DNA of 36,899 nucleotides. It comes from a virus. Lineage: Duplodnaviria > Caudoviricetes. The translations under genes were made by a program, and so were the position numbers. Positions 7,610 through 15,853 of this stretch are shown in pieces (within the stretch, counting starts at the first letter, position 1; each line of letters begins with the position of its first letter). The stretch lies in the IMG/VR virus record IMGVR_UViG_3300035396_000833, positions 1 to 36,899 of that record; one strand, 5' to 3'. Under the pieces are notes generated by a model that saw only the letters and a program-made list of their open reading frames with translations, had not been told where the DNA came from and did no database searches.

Positions 7610-9835
7610 ATGAAAATCGAATTTTGGTATTACCAAACATACTATAATAAATTCAGAGAGGATAGCACCGACACACACTTGCCTTTGGTTACTCTGTATG
7701 ATGATGATATCGTGGCGGACTCTTTGAGCGATATTAGTAGAGAAGCTGTGGTTGATTCTGATATGTTCGTGCAGGATGCTGGTGAGTTTTCAGCTACGGT
7801 TAAGTTTAACAAACCCGTGTTTGATTTGCTGTTTGCTAATTATAGGCACGCTAAATTACCTGAATTGTCTAAGTTTATTATTCGGGTTTATTTAGGCAAT
7901 GACACGGATAGCACTTTTGATGGTATGATTAAATTTGATGGTAACACCTGTGAAAGCGAGTTTAATAATATTTCGTTTTCCGCTTGGGATTTTCTCTATT
8001 TGATTAATAATCCGAAACCGGCTGAAACGGATGTGGCTGCTAATTTTAACTGTATTGATTATTTGGATAGGTTTTTTACCTGGTATAGAGCTGGCGGTAT
8101 TTGGGATCATGATGTTTTAGGACAGTTTTATTTTGATTTTTTGCTGGTGCCGTCAACTAATTTTTCGCCGTTTATATTTGATACTACCGGACGGAAGTTA
8201 GAACCATTGACCGGAGTAATTAATCTTGAACTAATCATGAGCGATGAAGGTACACCATGGACAACCCAACACCCCGGAACTATCGCTGTTGCTACTTTTA
8301 AAGATGGTGTATTACATGTTCTTTTGGGATTTTCTGTGATAGGTTTCTATCTGCCACCTCAAGAACATTTGCCACTACCAAACACTAGAGTTGAGTATTT
8401 TAAATTTAAACCTTACAATATCACAGAGTTTGAAGCGATACCTTATTTTTTTGATACCAGCAAAATTAGCGAGATGATTAATTTTGATTATACTTCTGTT
8501 GATCAGTTAATTGTAAAATTGAAAAGCTTGGCTGGGGTTACGGATTTGGTTTGTTCTATGGAATCTAACGGGGTTACTTATTCTTTGCCGAGTTATTTTA
8601 ATCCTTTTACGATCACCGACATTACTACTAATGCAAAAGTTGTAATTCCGATGCAATTAAATGGCACACCGATAACCTACGCTATCAAAACTAAAAATAA
8701 AGATTTGATTAAGAAATTCTTGTTCTTAAACAACTGGAGTTTATCTATCAAAGGACTAACGATAAGCATTAAACAAAAAGGCGATTTTGTTTTTGATTAC
8801 AATGATTTTCGTGTTTTACCAAACGACAAAAACACTAGTTGGGAATTGTCTTCAGTGGAAAAAAGAGAGTTCACGACCGGTGTTTTTGATGATTTACCGG
8901 GCGGAAATAAGCCAGTTGGCAGCGAAGTTCCATATCTTGCCGATTGGCTAACTAAGCGCACGCAAGCTCTGAATGACAGGGTTTTTTATGAAGCCTCGGT
9001 TACAACTAAAGAAGTAGTTGATCTTGGTGATGTAATCATGATTGAATCATTGCCGTTGCCGATCTCTTTTAGAGTTGGGGCGGTTAGCGTTAACCCTGAA
9101 TATCCTGACACTAGAAACATTACTGCTTACAGCGTTTCGCCGCCTTTAGTGAATGGGTTTGATCCGGTTTTTTATAGATATTATCAGGATCTTATCTTTA
9201 CAATCCAGTCGATTGTTGGAGCTGTTATTTATTACACATATTCCGCATCCGGAGAACCGGCAACTCCTACGGCTAATAGTGCCAGATATACAGTTCCGCT
9301 AAGCGTTTATGGTAATTATAAAGCTATTGCGATCTGCGGTGGTTCTGTGTCTGGCGTTGTATCTTACACTTTTGCTCCAGCGATGCTTAATGATAGCCCA
9401 ATCTTTCAATACGCTTTCTACCCGCTTAATAGCGCTAAATGGCCCGAAGTTACTACTATGACTAAGGTGTATTTTTTTAGGGAAGATACTAAAGTTGTGC
9501 TTGTAACTTTTTCTATGGATTGGACGGACTGGGCGTATAACGATCATGAAAGTCCTATTTTGATGGGCGTTCTTCGGTATGAGTTCAGCGGTGATCATTA
9601 TATTATAAATAGCGCGCGAGATGGTTATGCTGAAGCTGATAACACGCAGATTGTAACTTGTAAAGACGACGCTCATGTTGTGCTTATTCAAGCTCTTTTG
9701 GCGTCTGTTGGCTGTAGTAAAGCTTATGATGATATTACTGCTTATCAATTGTCGTTTAGTGATGATTTAGGCTATAATAGGCTTTATAGGGCTGGCGAGA
9801 ATATTGTTTATTATACTGGAATTGTTACTGGGTAG
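7610..9835 (+). CDS. Tail tip/hub protein with an Fn3-associated (chitobiase C-terminal-like) Ig domain
   Basis: Directly after tape measure; GAVIYYT...P...S.RYT.P.....KAIA motif. Confidence 0.6.
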   Translation: MKIEFWYYQTYYNKFREDSTDTHLPLVTLYDDDIVADSLSDISREAVVDSDMFVQDAGEFSATVKFNKPVFDLLFANYRHAKLPELSKFIIRVYLGNDTDSTFDGMIKFDGNTCESEFNNISFSAWDFLYLINNPKPAETDVAANFNCIDYLDRFFTWYRAGGIWDHDVLGQFYFDFLLVPSTNFSPFIFDTTGRKLEPLTGVINLELIMSDEGTPWTTQHPGTIAVATFKDGVLHVLLGFSVIGFYLPPQEHLPLPNTRVEYFKFKPYNITEFEAIPYFFDTSKISEMINFDYTSVDQLIVKLKSLAGVTDLVCSMESNGVTYSLPSYFNPFTITDITTNAKVVIPMQLNGTPITYAIKTKNKDLIKKFLFLNNWSLSIKGLTISIKQKGDFVFDYNDFRVLPNDKNTSWELSSVEKREFTTGVFDDLPGGNKPVGSEVPYLADWLTKRTQALNDRVFYEASVTTKEVVDLGDVIMIESLPLPISFRVGAVSVNPEYPDTRNITAYSVSPPLVNGFDPVFYRYYQDLIFTIQSIVGAVIYYTYSASGEPATPTANSARYTVPLSVYGNYKAIAICGGSVSGVVSYTFAPAMLNDSPIFQYAFYPLNSAKWPEVTTMTKVYFFREDTKVVLVTFSMDWTDWAYNDHESPILMGVLRYEFSGDHYIINSARDGYAEADNTQIVTCKDDAHVVLIQALLASVGCSKAYDDITAYQLSFSDDLGYNRLYRAGENIVYYTGIVTG

Positions 9836-9926
9836 AACCCTCAACCCCTAACCCCTTCTCCCTATAACAAGGAGAAGGGGAACACGGGCGGAAATGATTA
9901 ATTGTAGGCGCGTAATGCTTACGCCC
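9836..9926. repeat. CCCTC-type element (9836-9898) plus GTAG REP (9904-9926)
   Basis: CCCCTTCTCC-loop-GGAGAAGGGG hairpin, GGAAATGAT, then GTAGGCGCGTAATGCTTACGCCC. Confidence 0.8.
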
Positions 9927-9972
9927 GGTAATAACGGCGGTTCGCCCGAAAATAATAAATTGGAGAAAATAA

Positions 9973-10392
9973 ATGAATAAAACATTTGGTAGTGCAAGAT
10001 GGCGTTTAACCTGTGTTTCGCCTAGTATAACGATCAGTAACAGGGTTGGCAGTAGGATTGTTTTAGACGACTATGAGCCGGTTGTAAATGAGCAGATTAT
10101 GCTTAGCGGTAAAAGGGATATTGATGCAAAAGGGCAATATCTTAATCCAAAAATCATTGTCAAAAAAACAGATTACGCTGAGTGGCAAAATAAATTAAAA
10201 CCTCTGTTTAATAAAGTGGTTAATTTTACACCTTTTGCCGATAATGATAACTGGAATTTTGATTGCAAAGTTGTTTCGGTGCTGCCGCTATTTGAAGACG
10301 GCTTGTTTTGGAAGAACTATGTTGAGATCAATTTGAAAAGCGTTGGATTTGTAGGTGTGACGGCTTTTGATCCAGGTGTACATATTGATTGA
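9973..10392 (+). CDS. Putative distal tail (Dit-like) structural protein
   Basis: 139 aa, beta-rich; last gene of the tail operon; strong RBS. Confidence 0.45.
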   Translation: MNKTFGSARWRLTCVSPSITISNRVGSRIVLDDYEPVVNEQIMLSGKRDIDAKGQYLNPKIIVKKTDYAEWQNKLKPLFNKVVNFTPFADNDNWNFDCKVVSVLPLFEDGLFWKNYVEINLKSVGFVGVTAFDPGVHID

Positions 10393-10411
10393 TGATGGAA
10401 ATAAAAAAGAC

Positions 10412-10446
10412 AGCAAAAAAGCCCCGATTTTGGGGCTTTTGCTTTT
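10412..10446 (+). terminator. Intrinsic terminator of the late operon
   Basis: AAAAGCCCC-GATTTT-GGGGCTTTT hairpin with T tract. Confidence 0.8.
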
Positions 10447-10711
10447 AATTTGTTACTCGAGATGTTTTTTATGTGTTGTATGTTGTTTGCTGGTTGTTAG
10501 ATGTGAAATTTGATTTACTATCAAGCAAATGTCATAAATATGTTGGAGATGGTTAAGAGGATTATCGTTTGCATTGCTGTTTTCCGCTATAATTTTTAAT
10601 AAATCTTAATAAATCTTTTATCATTCTGACAACTATTTTATTATTCTTTTATTGTTTTTTTGTTGTTAATTTGTTACTTTGGTTTTAAAGCTAACCTATT
10701 GGAGTAACAAA
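10445..10711. other. Putative attP region with arm-type repeats
   Basis: AT-rich, non-coding, upstream of int; TTAATTTGTTACT at 10445 and 10666; inverted AGTAACAAA at 10703. Confidence 0.5.
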
Positions 10712-11821
10712 ATGGCAACTGCTATCAATATAATTAAAGAACTTGATAAAATCAATTATCAAAAATATTTAAAAGTTCGAGCAAAGAAACTTACTAATGG
10801 CGGTTATTCGGTTTATCTCGACATCTGGCATAATGGGAAGCGGCAATATATCTTCTTGAAAATTCGTTTGCAGAATATTCCGTCCAGCAGGGATTCAGAT
10901 ATTGATTTATTGCGTTTGGCTATTGCGATCAGAGACAAGAAAGAAATTGAATTGATTAGTAATTCTGCCGGCTTTGAGGTTGCTGGTTCCGGTAAGGCTG
11001 ATTTTCTGGCCTACTTTCAATACTGTTTATCTAAGCGGGAAAAAGAAGCGCAAAATCATATTAATGGCAATTGGTACGGAACTCAAAAAAAGCTTGTTGA
11101 ATTTAGTAACAACCGGGTAACATTCGCGGATTTGGACTATAAATTTTGTAAGCGGTTTTTAGAGTTTTTGCAAAGTAAGGATTATAAGCCGGCAACTGTT
11201 CAGAGTATGTATTGCAGTATTTTTAAGGGCGTTCTTAATCGGGCGGTTAGAGATGGCATTATTCCCAAAAATCCAGCCGATGGGTTGACGGTTCCGGTTC
11301 CTGACTCTGAAAGACAATTTTTAACTTTTGAAGAACTTAAACAGTTGATTTCTACGCCTTGTAATCATCCAGAAGTTTCCGCAGCGTTTTTATTTAGTTG
11401 CTGGACTGGCTTGCGGCATTCTGATTTAAAAAACTTATCTTTTGATCAGATCAAAGATGGTTATATCGGTTTTAAACAGGCTAAAACGGGCGGAGTGGAG
11501 CGAATAAAGTTATCTGAAAACGCTTTAGCAATTATCGAAAGACGACAGGTGAACAACCACGGTAAGTGTGTTTTTAAAGTACCGCATTTGCAATGGGTTA
11601 ACCGGCAGTTAAAACTGTGGGTATTGTCAGCCGGAATAACCAAACATATCTCTTTTCATTGCGCCAGACATACCTTTGCTACGCTCTGTCTGACCTATGA
11701 TATTGATTTATTTACTGTGAGTAAGCTATTAGGGCATAGAGATATTAAAACGACTCAAATCTATGCTAAATTGATTGATAAGAAGAAGGATGAGGCAATT
11801 GATAAGCTGCCGAAGATTTAA
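10712..11821 (+). CDS. int: Tyrosine integrase (arm-binding, SAM-like and catalytic domains)
   Basis: TGLR, K, HCARHTFAT, LLGH, TTQIY catalytic residues; N-terminal YSVYLDIWHNGKRQY arm domain. Confidence 0.95.
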   Translation: MATAINIIKELDKINYQKYLKVRAKKLTNGGYSVYLDIWHNGKRQYIFLKIRLQNIPSSRDSDIDLLRLAIAIRDKKEIELISNSAGFEVAGSGKADFLAYFQYCLSKREKEAQNHINGNWYGTQKKLVEFSNNRVTFADLDYKFCKRFLEFLQSKDYKPATVQSMYCSIFKGVLNRAVRDGIIPKNPADGLTVPVPDSERQFLTFEELKQLISTPCNHPEVSAAFLFSCWTGLRHSDLKNLSFDQIKDGYIGFKQAKTGGVERIKLSENALAIIERRQVNNHGKCVFKVPHLQWVNRQLKLWVLSAGITKHISFHCARHTFATLCLTYDIDLFTVSKLLGHRDIKTTQIYAKLIDKKKDEAIDKLPKI

Positions 11822-12717
11822 AGATCAAGTTTTTGTTGTTCGCCTCTTGGAATGTGTTTTAGTACTTTTAATATTTCGTATTCTTTGTTTACAAATGTAT
11901 TAACCGATTTATCAAATTCCTGTTTAATTTTTAAATCCACAAACAGGGCATCGCCTTTGCCGAATCTTAAACCGTTGTCTATTAATCCAAAGAAACTTTC
12001 ATCAATCATTAGTGCGGAAATTCTGTTGCCATCATAAATAAAAGACCAGCGGTGTTTTACTTCCATTACTATTTTGAAGATGTTTATAGTTGCCTGTTTA
12101 GTGATATAGCGGTGTGTTTTATCATCGAAATGTACATTGCCGCCTATGGTTTCAAACTCTGTTGACGGTGCTTTAAATAATGATTTTTTGTTTTTATCTA
12201 AAATGTTAAAAGAGGTTATATTTTCATCTTTTGCCATGTATGCAAAGATATTGCCGGTATATTCATTGATCTTTTGACCTCTGTCAGCGGTTGTTAATAC
12301 CACAAAAACACTATCAACTGTGGCGGTTTTATCTTCATCATTGGTTACTTCGACTTTATTGTCAGAAAGTTCTTTAGTTGCCTTTGGTGGTTTGCCTTTT
12401 AAGAATTGACGATACGAAAACAGACCGCCGACTATTGCCATAAGTGCAGCCGAATACTCTACATTGTCTTTTGAAAAGATGCTTAATAGAGTTTTGCCTA
12501 AAGACGATATAATATCAATATTCACATCAAAACTACCAGGAGAAAAACTCTTTATTTTAACTTTGATTTCAGTGTCTTTGCTGGTAATGCTGTTGATCTG
12601 TTGATTAACTTCTTTTAAAAGTTCGTTGAAATTATTTAAGGTATAAATAAAAGTGTCCGCGTCAATTTCGTTAGTTTTGCCATCGTATTTTATTGTAAAT
12701 AATTCAGATTTTTGCAT
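11818..12717 (-). CDS. Hypothetical accessory protein, 299 aa
   Basis: Long ORF with AAGGA RBS; I.YDG, GSF and C-terminal W.F...D..F....F.KGD.L motifs. Confidence 0.7.
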   Translation of the reverse strand: MQKSELFTIKYDGKTNEIDADTFIYTLNNFNELLKEVNQQINSITSKDTEIKVKIKSFSPGSFDVNIDIISSLGKTLLSIFSKDNVEYSAALMAIVGGLFSYRQFLKGKPPKATKELSDNKVEVTNDEDKTATVDSVFVVLTTADRGQKINEYTGNIFAYMAKDENITSFNILDKNKKSLFKAPSTEFETIGGNVHFDDKTHRYITKQATINIFKIVMEVKHRWSFIYDGNRISALMIDESFFGLIDNGLRFGKGDALFVDLKIKQEFDKSVNTFVNKEYEILKVLKHIPRGEQQKLDL

Positions 12718-12735
12718 TTTACTTATTTCCTTAAT

Positions 12736-13197
12736 TTATCGTAATTTTGCGTTTAATTCTTCGAGTTCTGCAAGGTGTTTCTTGGTCGCATACTTGTTGA
12801 CAATAAACTGATCATTGGTTAATATTAGTAATACTTGCTTATTAGACTGTTCAAATTCACGAACATCTATTACCGTTACATTGTTCGGTGGAGTGTATGC
12901 CTGAAATTCTAATTCTTTATATTTGTTGATACTTTCTATTATAGTTATATTACTAGCTGTGGATTGCCCGTTTATAATATACTCATAACCCTCTAGTTCT
13001 TGAAAAATAACATCAACGCCAGTATCGCTTGTAATAGCAAACCAAATTCCACCATCATCATGGGAACGCCCGATAATCAACCCACCTTTGCGGACATCTA
13101 TTGTGTAAAACTCGGTAGATTGTACTAATGTTTCAACTTTAACGAAAGGATTTATATTGTTACGAAAACTTTCTAAAACAAAATTGACTAAGCTCAC
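12736..13197 (-). CDS. Hypothetical protein resembling the tape-measure C-terminal motif
   Basis: AAGGAG RBS, GTG start; GGLIIGRSHDDGGI...ELEGYEYIIN. Confidence 0.7.
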   Translation of the reverse strand: MSLVNFVLESFRNNINPFVKVETLVQSTEFYTIDVRKGGLIIGRSHDDGGIWFAITSDTGVDVIFQELEGYEYIINGQSTASNITIIESINKYKELEFQAYTPPNNVTVIDVREFEQSNKQVLLILTNDQFIVNKYATKKHLAELEELNAKLR

Positions 13198-13443
13198 TGA
13201 TTCTCCTTGTAATGGAATTACCCCAAGAGTTGATTATACACAAGGCGGTTTGGTTAGATTTGATCTTACACAAGATGGCTTGGCTGGTGAGGGCTTAAGG
13301 ACAACATCGCCAATGACAGAAGCCGAACTTGATGCTTTAATTGATAAATTAGTTGCTTCTAATTCCCTTTAATTACCAGCCCTCGGAGTCTCTGAAATTC
13401 AGCGGTGTGCTTTGCCGAAATTCCACGATGTTTGATTTAGAAG

Positions 13444-13797
13444 TTACCCGGTATTTTTTTTTTCCGCAAGATGATTATGCGCGCAGGCATCTTTTATTAT
13501 GCTTTTGAGCAATTCTAAATTCGCCTCCAGCTTATCGATAACCTTTTGCAATTCCGCACAGTTCGGGCATTCCCCCTCTGGCTGATCCGTGAGAAACATC
13601 GAGCCAGTGCCGGTGAGGAGCCAGTGAAGGTTGATGTTATAGGTGGATACAATTTTGTCTAATACCTCTTTTGTTGGTATTATATCACTTTTTTCGTAAC
13701 GATAAATAACTGATTTTTGCACACCAACTACTTGTCCGAGTTCTTCACCGGATAAATTTAAATAATCTCTAAACTCTTTTAGCCTTAAACCGAGCAT
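13444..13797 (-). CDS. XRE-family HTH repressor, paralog 2
   Basis: LRLKEFR..LNLS..ELG...YEK..INLHWLLTGTGSMFL; CPNC; start assigned by alignment to 15854-16135. Confidence 0.88.
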   Translation of the reverse strand: MLGLRLKEFRDYLNLSGEELGQVVGVQKSVIYRYEKSDIIPTKEVLDKIVSTYNINLHWLLTGTGSMFLTDQPEGECPNCAELQKVIDKLEANLELLKSIIKDACAHNHLAEKKNTG

Positions 13798-13810
13798 ATA
13801 AATTAAAATA

Positions 13811-13862
13811 ATGCAAAATTGCATCCTTTTTTCTTGACAGGGTTACAAATTTGTATTATCTT
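13811..13862 (+). promoter_or_regulatory. Sigma70-type promoter with palindromic operators, copy A
   Basis: TTGACA(13834)-17-TATCTT(13857); TACAAATTTGTA at 13844-13855; ATGCAAAATTGCAT at 13811-13824. Confidence 0.75.
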
Positions 13863-13928
13863 ACCCTTGTAATTAAGTTTACTGTAAACTTGATTTAGTA
13901 ATGATCATTGAAAATATAAGGAGGTTTT

Positions 13929-14033
13929 GTGAAACTAACAATTTGGTCGATAATTAGAAATAATAACCTACGAGTAAGCTATAAAGTGATTGCCATCTTT
14001 AAGACGCTTTTCAATTTCAAGAATCGCATTTAA
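13929..14033 (+). CDS. Possible 34-aa basic peptide
   Basis: AAGGAGG then GTG; MKLTIWSIIRNNNLRVSYKVIAIFKTLFNFKNRI; downstream of promoter copy A. Confidence 0.35.
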   Translation: MKLTIWSIIRNNNLRVSYKVIAIFKTLFNFKNRI

Positions 14034-14119
14034 AGCTTCTGGCTTGAAGTGCTGTTTTTTAACCAATTTTTCTGTAATAGTCTTACAGTGCTTTAATTTT
14101 GGTTAAATCCTTTTGTTCT

Positions 14120-14407
14120 CTACATTCTATTTTTTAGCAACTCATAAAAGTTCTCTCTTTTGGATATAGCTAAAAATAATATGGTGACAATTTGATCGTT
14201 AACCAAATAAGCAATTCTGTATTGCACACCGTTACAGCCGAAATGATAAGACCTAACACCGGACAGATTGCCGGTTAACGGACTGCCGGATTGAGGATTG
14301 TTAACAATTTCCGGGATGCAAACATCGTGGATTTTATCAACAACCTGCTTGTCCAGCCGTTTGATATCTTTTTTGACTTGCGGATGATATTCTTTAGCGT
14401 ACGCCAA
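14120..14407 (-). CDS. RelE/ParE-family type II toxin
   Basis: KKDIKRLDK...NP..G.PL.GNL.G.RSYH...YRIAY...I..RENFY. Confidence 0.9.
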   Translation of the reverse strand: MAYAKEYHPQVKKDIKRLDKQVVDKIHDVCIPEIVNNPQSGSPLTGNLSGVRSYHFGCNGVQYRIAYLVNDQIVTILFLAISKRENFYELLKNRM

Positions 14408-14585
14408 AAACTTCCTCGTGTGTCAGGGTTTTTACTCTGCCACTTTCAATCTGTTTTTTGCGTTTAAGTATCTCTTTATCGTCCCTGGTTTCTAAAAGAT
14501 ACAATAACTTAGCTTTTGCCTTATCATTAAGATTAGCAATCATTTCAGCTAGTGTTTCAATCTCTATTTCGGCTGTGATCTTCAT
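14394..14585 (-). CDS. Cognate antitoxin
   Basis: 63 aa, overlaps the toxin start; C-terminal IESGRVKTLTHEEVF. Confidence 0.8.
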   Translation of the reverse strand: MKITAEIEIETLAEMIANLNDKAKAKLLYLLETRDDKEILKRKKQIESGRVKTLTHEEVFGVR

Positions 14586-14590
14586 TTTCT

Positions 14591-14620
14591 CTATTCCTTA
14601 TCTATAGTGATCTTGAGTTT
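14591..14620 (-). repeat. Cassette junction repeat C (repressor 3'-end remnant)
   Basis: 30 of 30 nt identical to 15293-15322. Confidence 0.9.
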
Positions 14621-15077
14621 AATCTTTACTTTGTAAATCTTTTGTTTGCTGCTTTTTGCCGTAAACAAACATACCTACTAATGCTAACACTGTTGTTGAA
14701 CCGAATAGTCCGCCCACTACTGGTTGACCATTTAAAGCAAGGTACGAGGCAGAGGTTATAAAAGTTAATGCCAAGACAAAGCCCATTATTTGACCGCGTG
14801 TACTTTCTTTGAGCTGAGTAGTAATTGATAACCTTTCTAACTCTATACGGTGTTTTTCTTGTTCTTCATACCGCTCAAACAACACTCTTGCCGCCTCTGG
14901 ATGAAGCTTTTGATAATGCTCAATCATCTGTGGCGGTGGAAATGGTCCCGAATAAGAGTATGAAACTTGACTGATTCGGGCAATGGCAATTCCAAGTTTA
15001 TCTTTGGGAATTAAATCAATAAAGGGCTTTAATTCATCTGGAACAACTGGCTGTATTTCTTGATTGTGTTTACTCAC
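14619..15077 (-). CDS. DUF2335-like membrane protein, copy 2
   Basis: YSGPFPPP..I..Y....P.AA......E..HR, RGQ..GF, two TM helices. Confidence 0.85.
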   Translation of the reverse strand: MSKHNQEIQPVVPDELKPFIDLIPKDKLGIAIARISQVSYSYSGPFPPPQMIEHYQKLHPEAARVLFERYEEQEKHRIELERLSITTQLKESTRGQIMGFVLALTFITSASYLALNGQPVVGGLFGSTTVLALVGMFVYGKKQQTKDLQSKD

Positions 15078-15288
15078 TCTTAAGCTTCTTTAGTAAATTG
15101 CCGAAACTTTGACCAATTACACCCCATGAAGAATTAAACGCCTTACGATTTGCCTCTTGTGGCGTTTTTGAAGTGTTAAATTTGTAGTAGTTTCCCCAAA
15201 TATTAAAACAACTCCCAATACCTGTTGTGATACTGCTTTTGGAAGCAAGAAAATTTGTTTGATATTTTGGTTTACTATAATCTGTCAT
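15070..15288 (-). CDS. Small partner protein of the DUF2335-like gene, copy 2
   Basis: Overlaps the downstream gene; G...FN.WG...EA......IGQ shared with 15655-15849. Confidence 0.75.
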   Translation of the reverse strand: MTDYSKPKYQTNFLASKSSITTGIGSCFNIWGNYYKFNTSKTPQEANRKAFNSSWGVIGQSFGNLLKKLKSE

Positions 15289-15326
15289 ATTCCTATTCCT
15301 TATCTATAGTGATCTTGAGTTTGCTT
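15285..15326 (-). repeat. Cassette junction repeat B (repressor 3'-end remnant)
   Basis: 37 of 42 nt identical to 15846-15887; reads SKLKITIDKE* in the repressor frame. Confidence 0.9.
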
Positions 15327-15683
15327 GCGGGATTTACCCGTGAACATAGAAAGCATTGGTATTAGCGCGGTTACTAATGTAACAAAACCGCCAATTTGTT
15401 TGTCGAGATATAATAGAAATATACCACCGGACATACTGCCTAACACCATGATGAAGCCTAGAATTAAACCAAGGGTATCGTTACGGGTTGCAGTATTTAC
15501 AATCTTGGTTTCAACAAAACGCCTTTGATCACTTTGTTTGTAGAAATCATCAAATATTTGCTTAGCAGTACCGGGTACAATTGATTCATAATGTTGTATT
15601 ATATTGGGTGGTGGTAATGGTCCAGAATAGTGCAGACTGGTAACAACTTGTTGTTTATTTGATTTGTGCTTTGTAGGCTTCAA
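15300..15683 (-). CDS. DUF2335-like membrane protein, copy 1
   Basis: YSGPLPPP.II..YE.IVPG.A..I, two TM helices. Confidence 0.85.
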   Translation of the reverse strand: MKPTKHKSNKQQVVTSLHYSGPLPPPNIIQHYESIVPGTAKQIFDDFYKQSDQRRFVETKIVNTATRNDTLGLILGFIMVLGSMSGGIFLLYLDKQIGGFVTLVTALIPMLSMFTGKSRKQTQDHYR

Positions 15684-15849
15684 TTGTTCTCCTTAAGTCT
15701 TGCCCGATTGTTTCTAAGTCTGCCTTGTATGCTTCAACATCGCTATGCTGTTTAATTGGGTTGGCTATTCTGCCCCAGTTAAAAAGCCTGCGCATACCGC
15801 CTAAGAATGACGGCATTTCAATGTATTTAAATGATGATGACTGTTTCAT
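15655..15849 (-). CDS. Small partner protein of the DUF2335-like gene, copy 1
   Basis: SFLGGM.RLFNWG...SDVEAYKADLETIGQDL; starts 4 nt after the repressor stop. Confidence 0.75.
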   Translation of the reverse strand: MKQSSSFKYIEMPSFLGGMRRLFNWGRIANPIKQHSDVEAYKADLETIGQDLRRTIEAYKAQIK

Positions 15850-15853
15850 ATTC

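Noticed and set aside
5657-9748. Antisense ORFs inside tape measure and tail genes (and similar ones elsewhere)
   Set aside because: They are shadow frames of long, well-supported genes, without RBS or motifs.
13157-13372. Plus-strand 71-aa ORF
   Set aside because: It overlaps the start of a better-supported minus-strand gene and has no clear RBS; it could be a gene remnant but I cannot support it.
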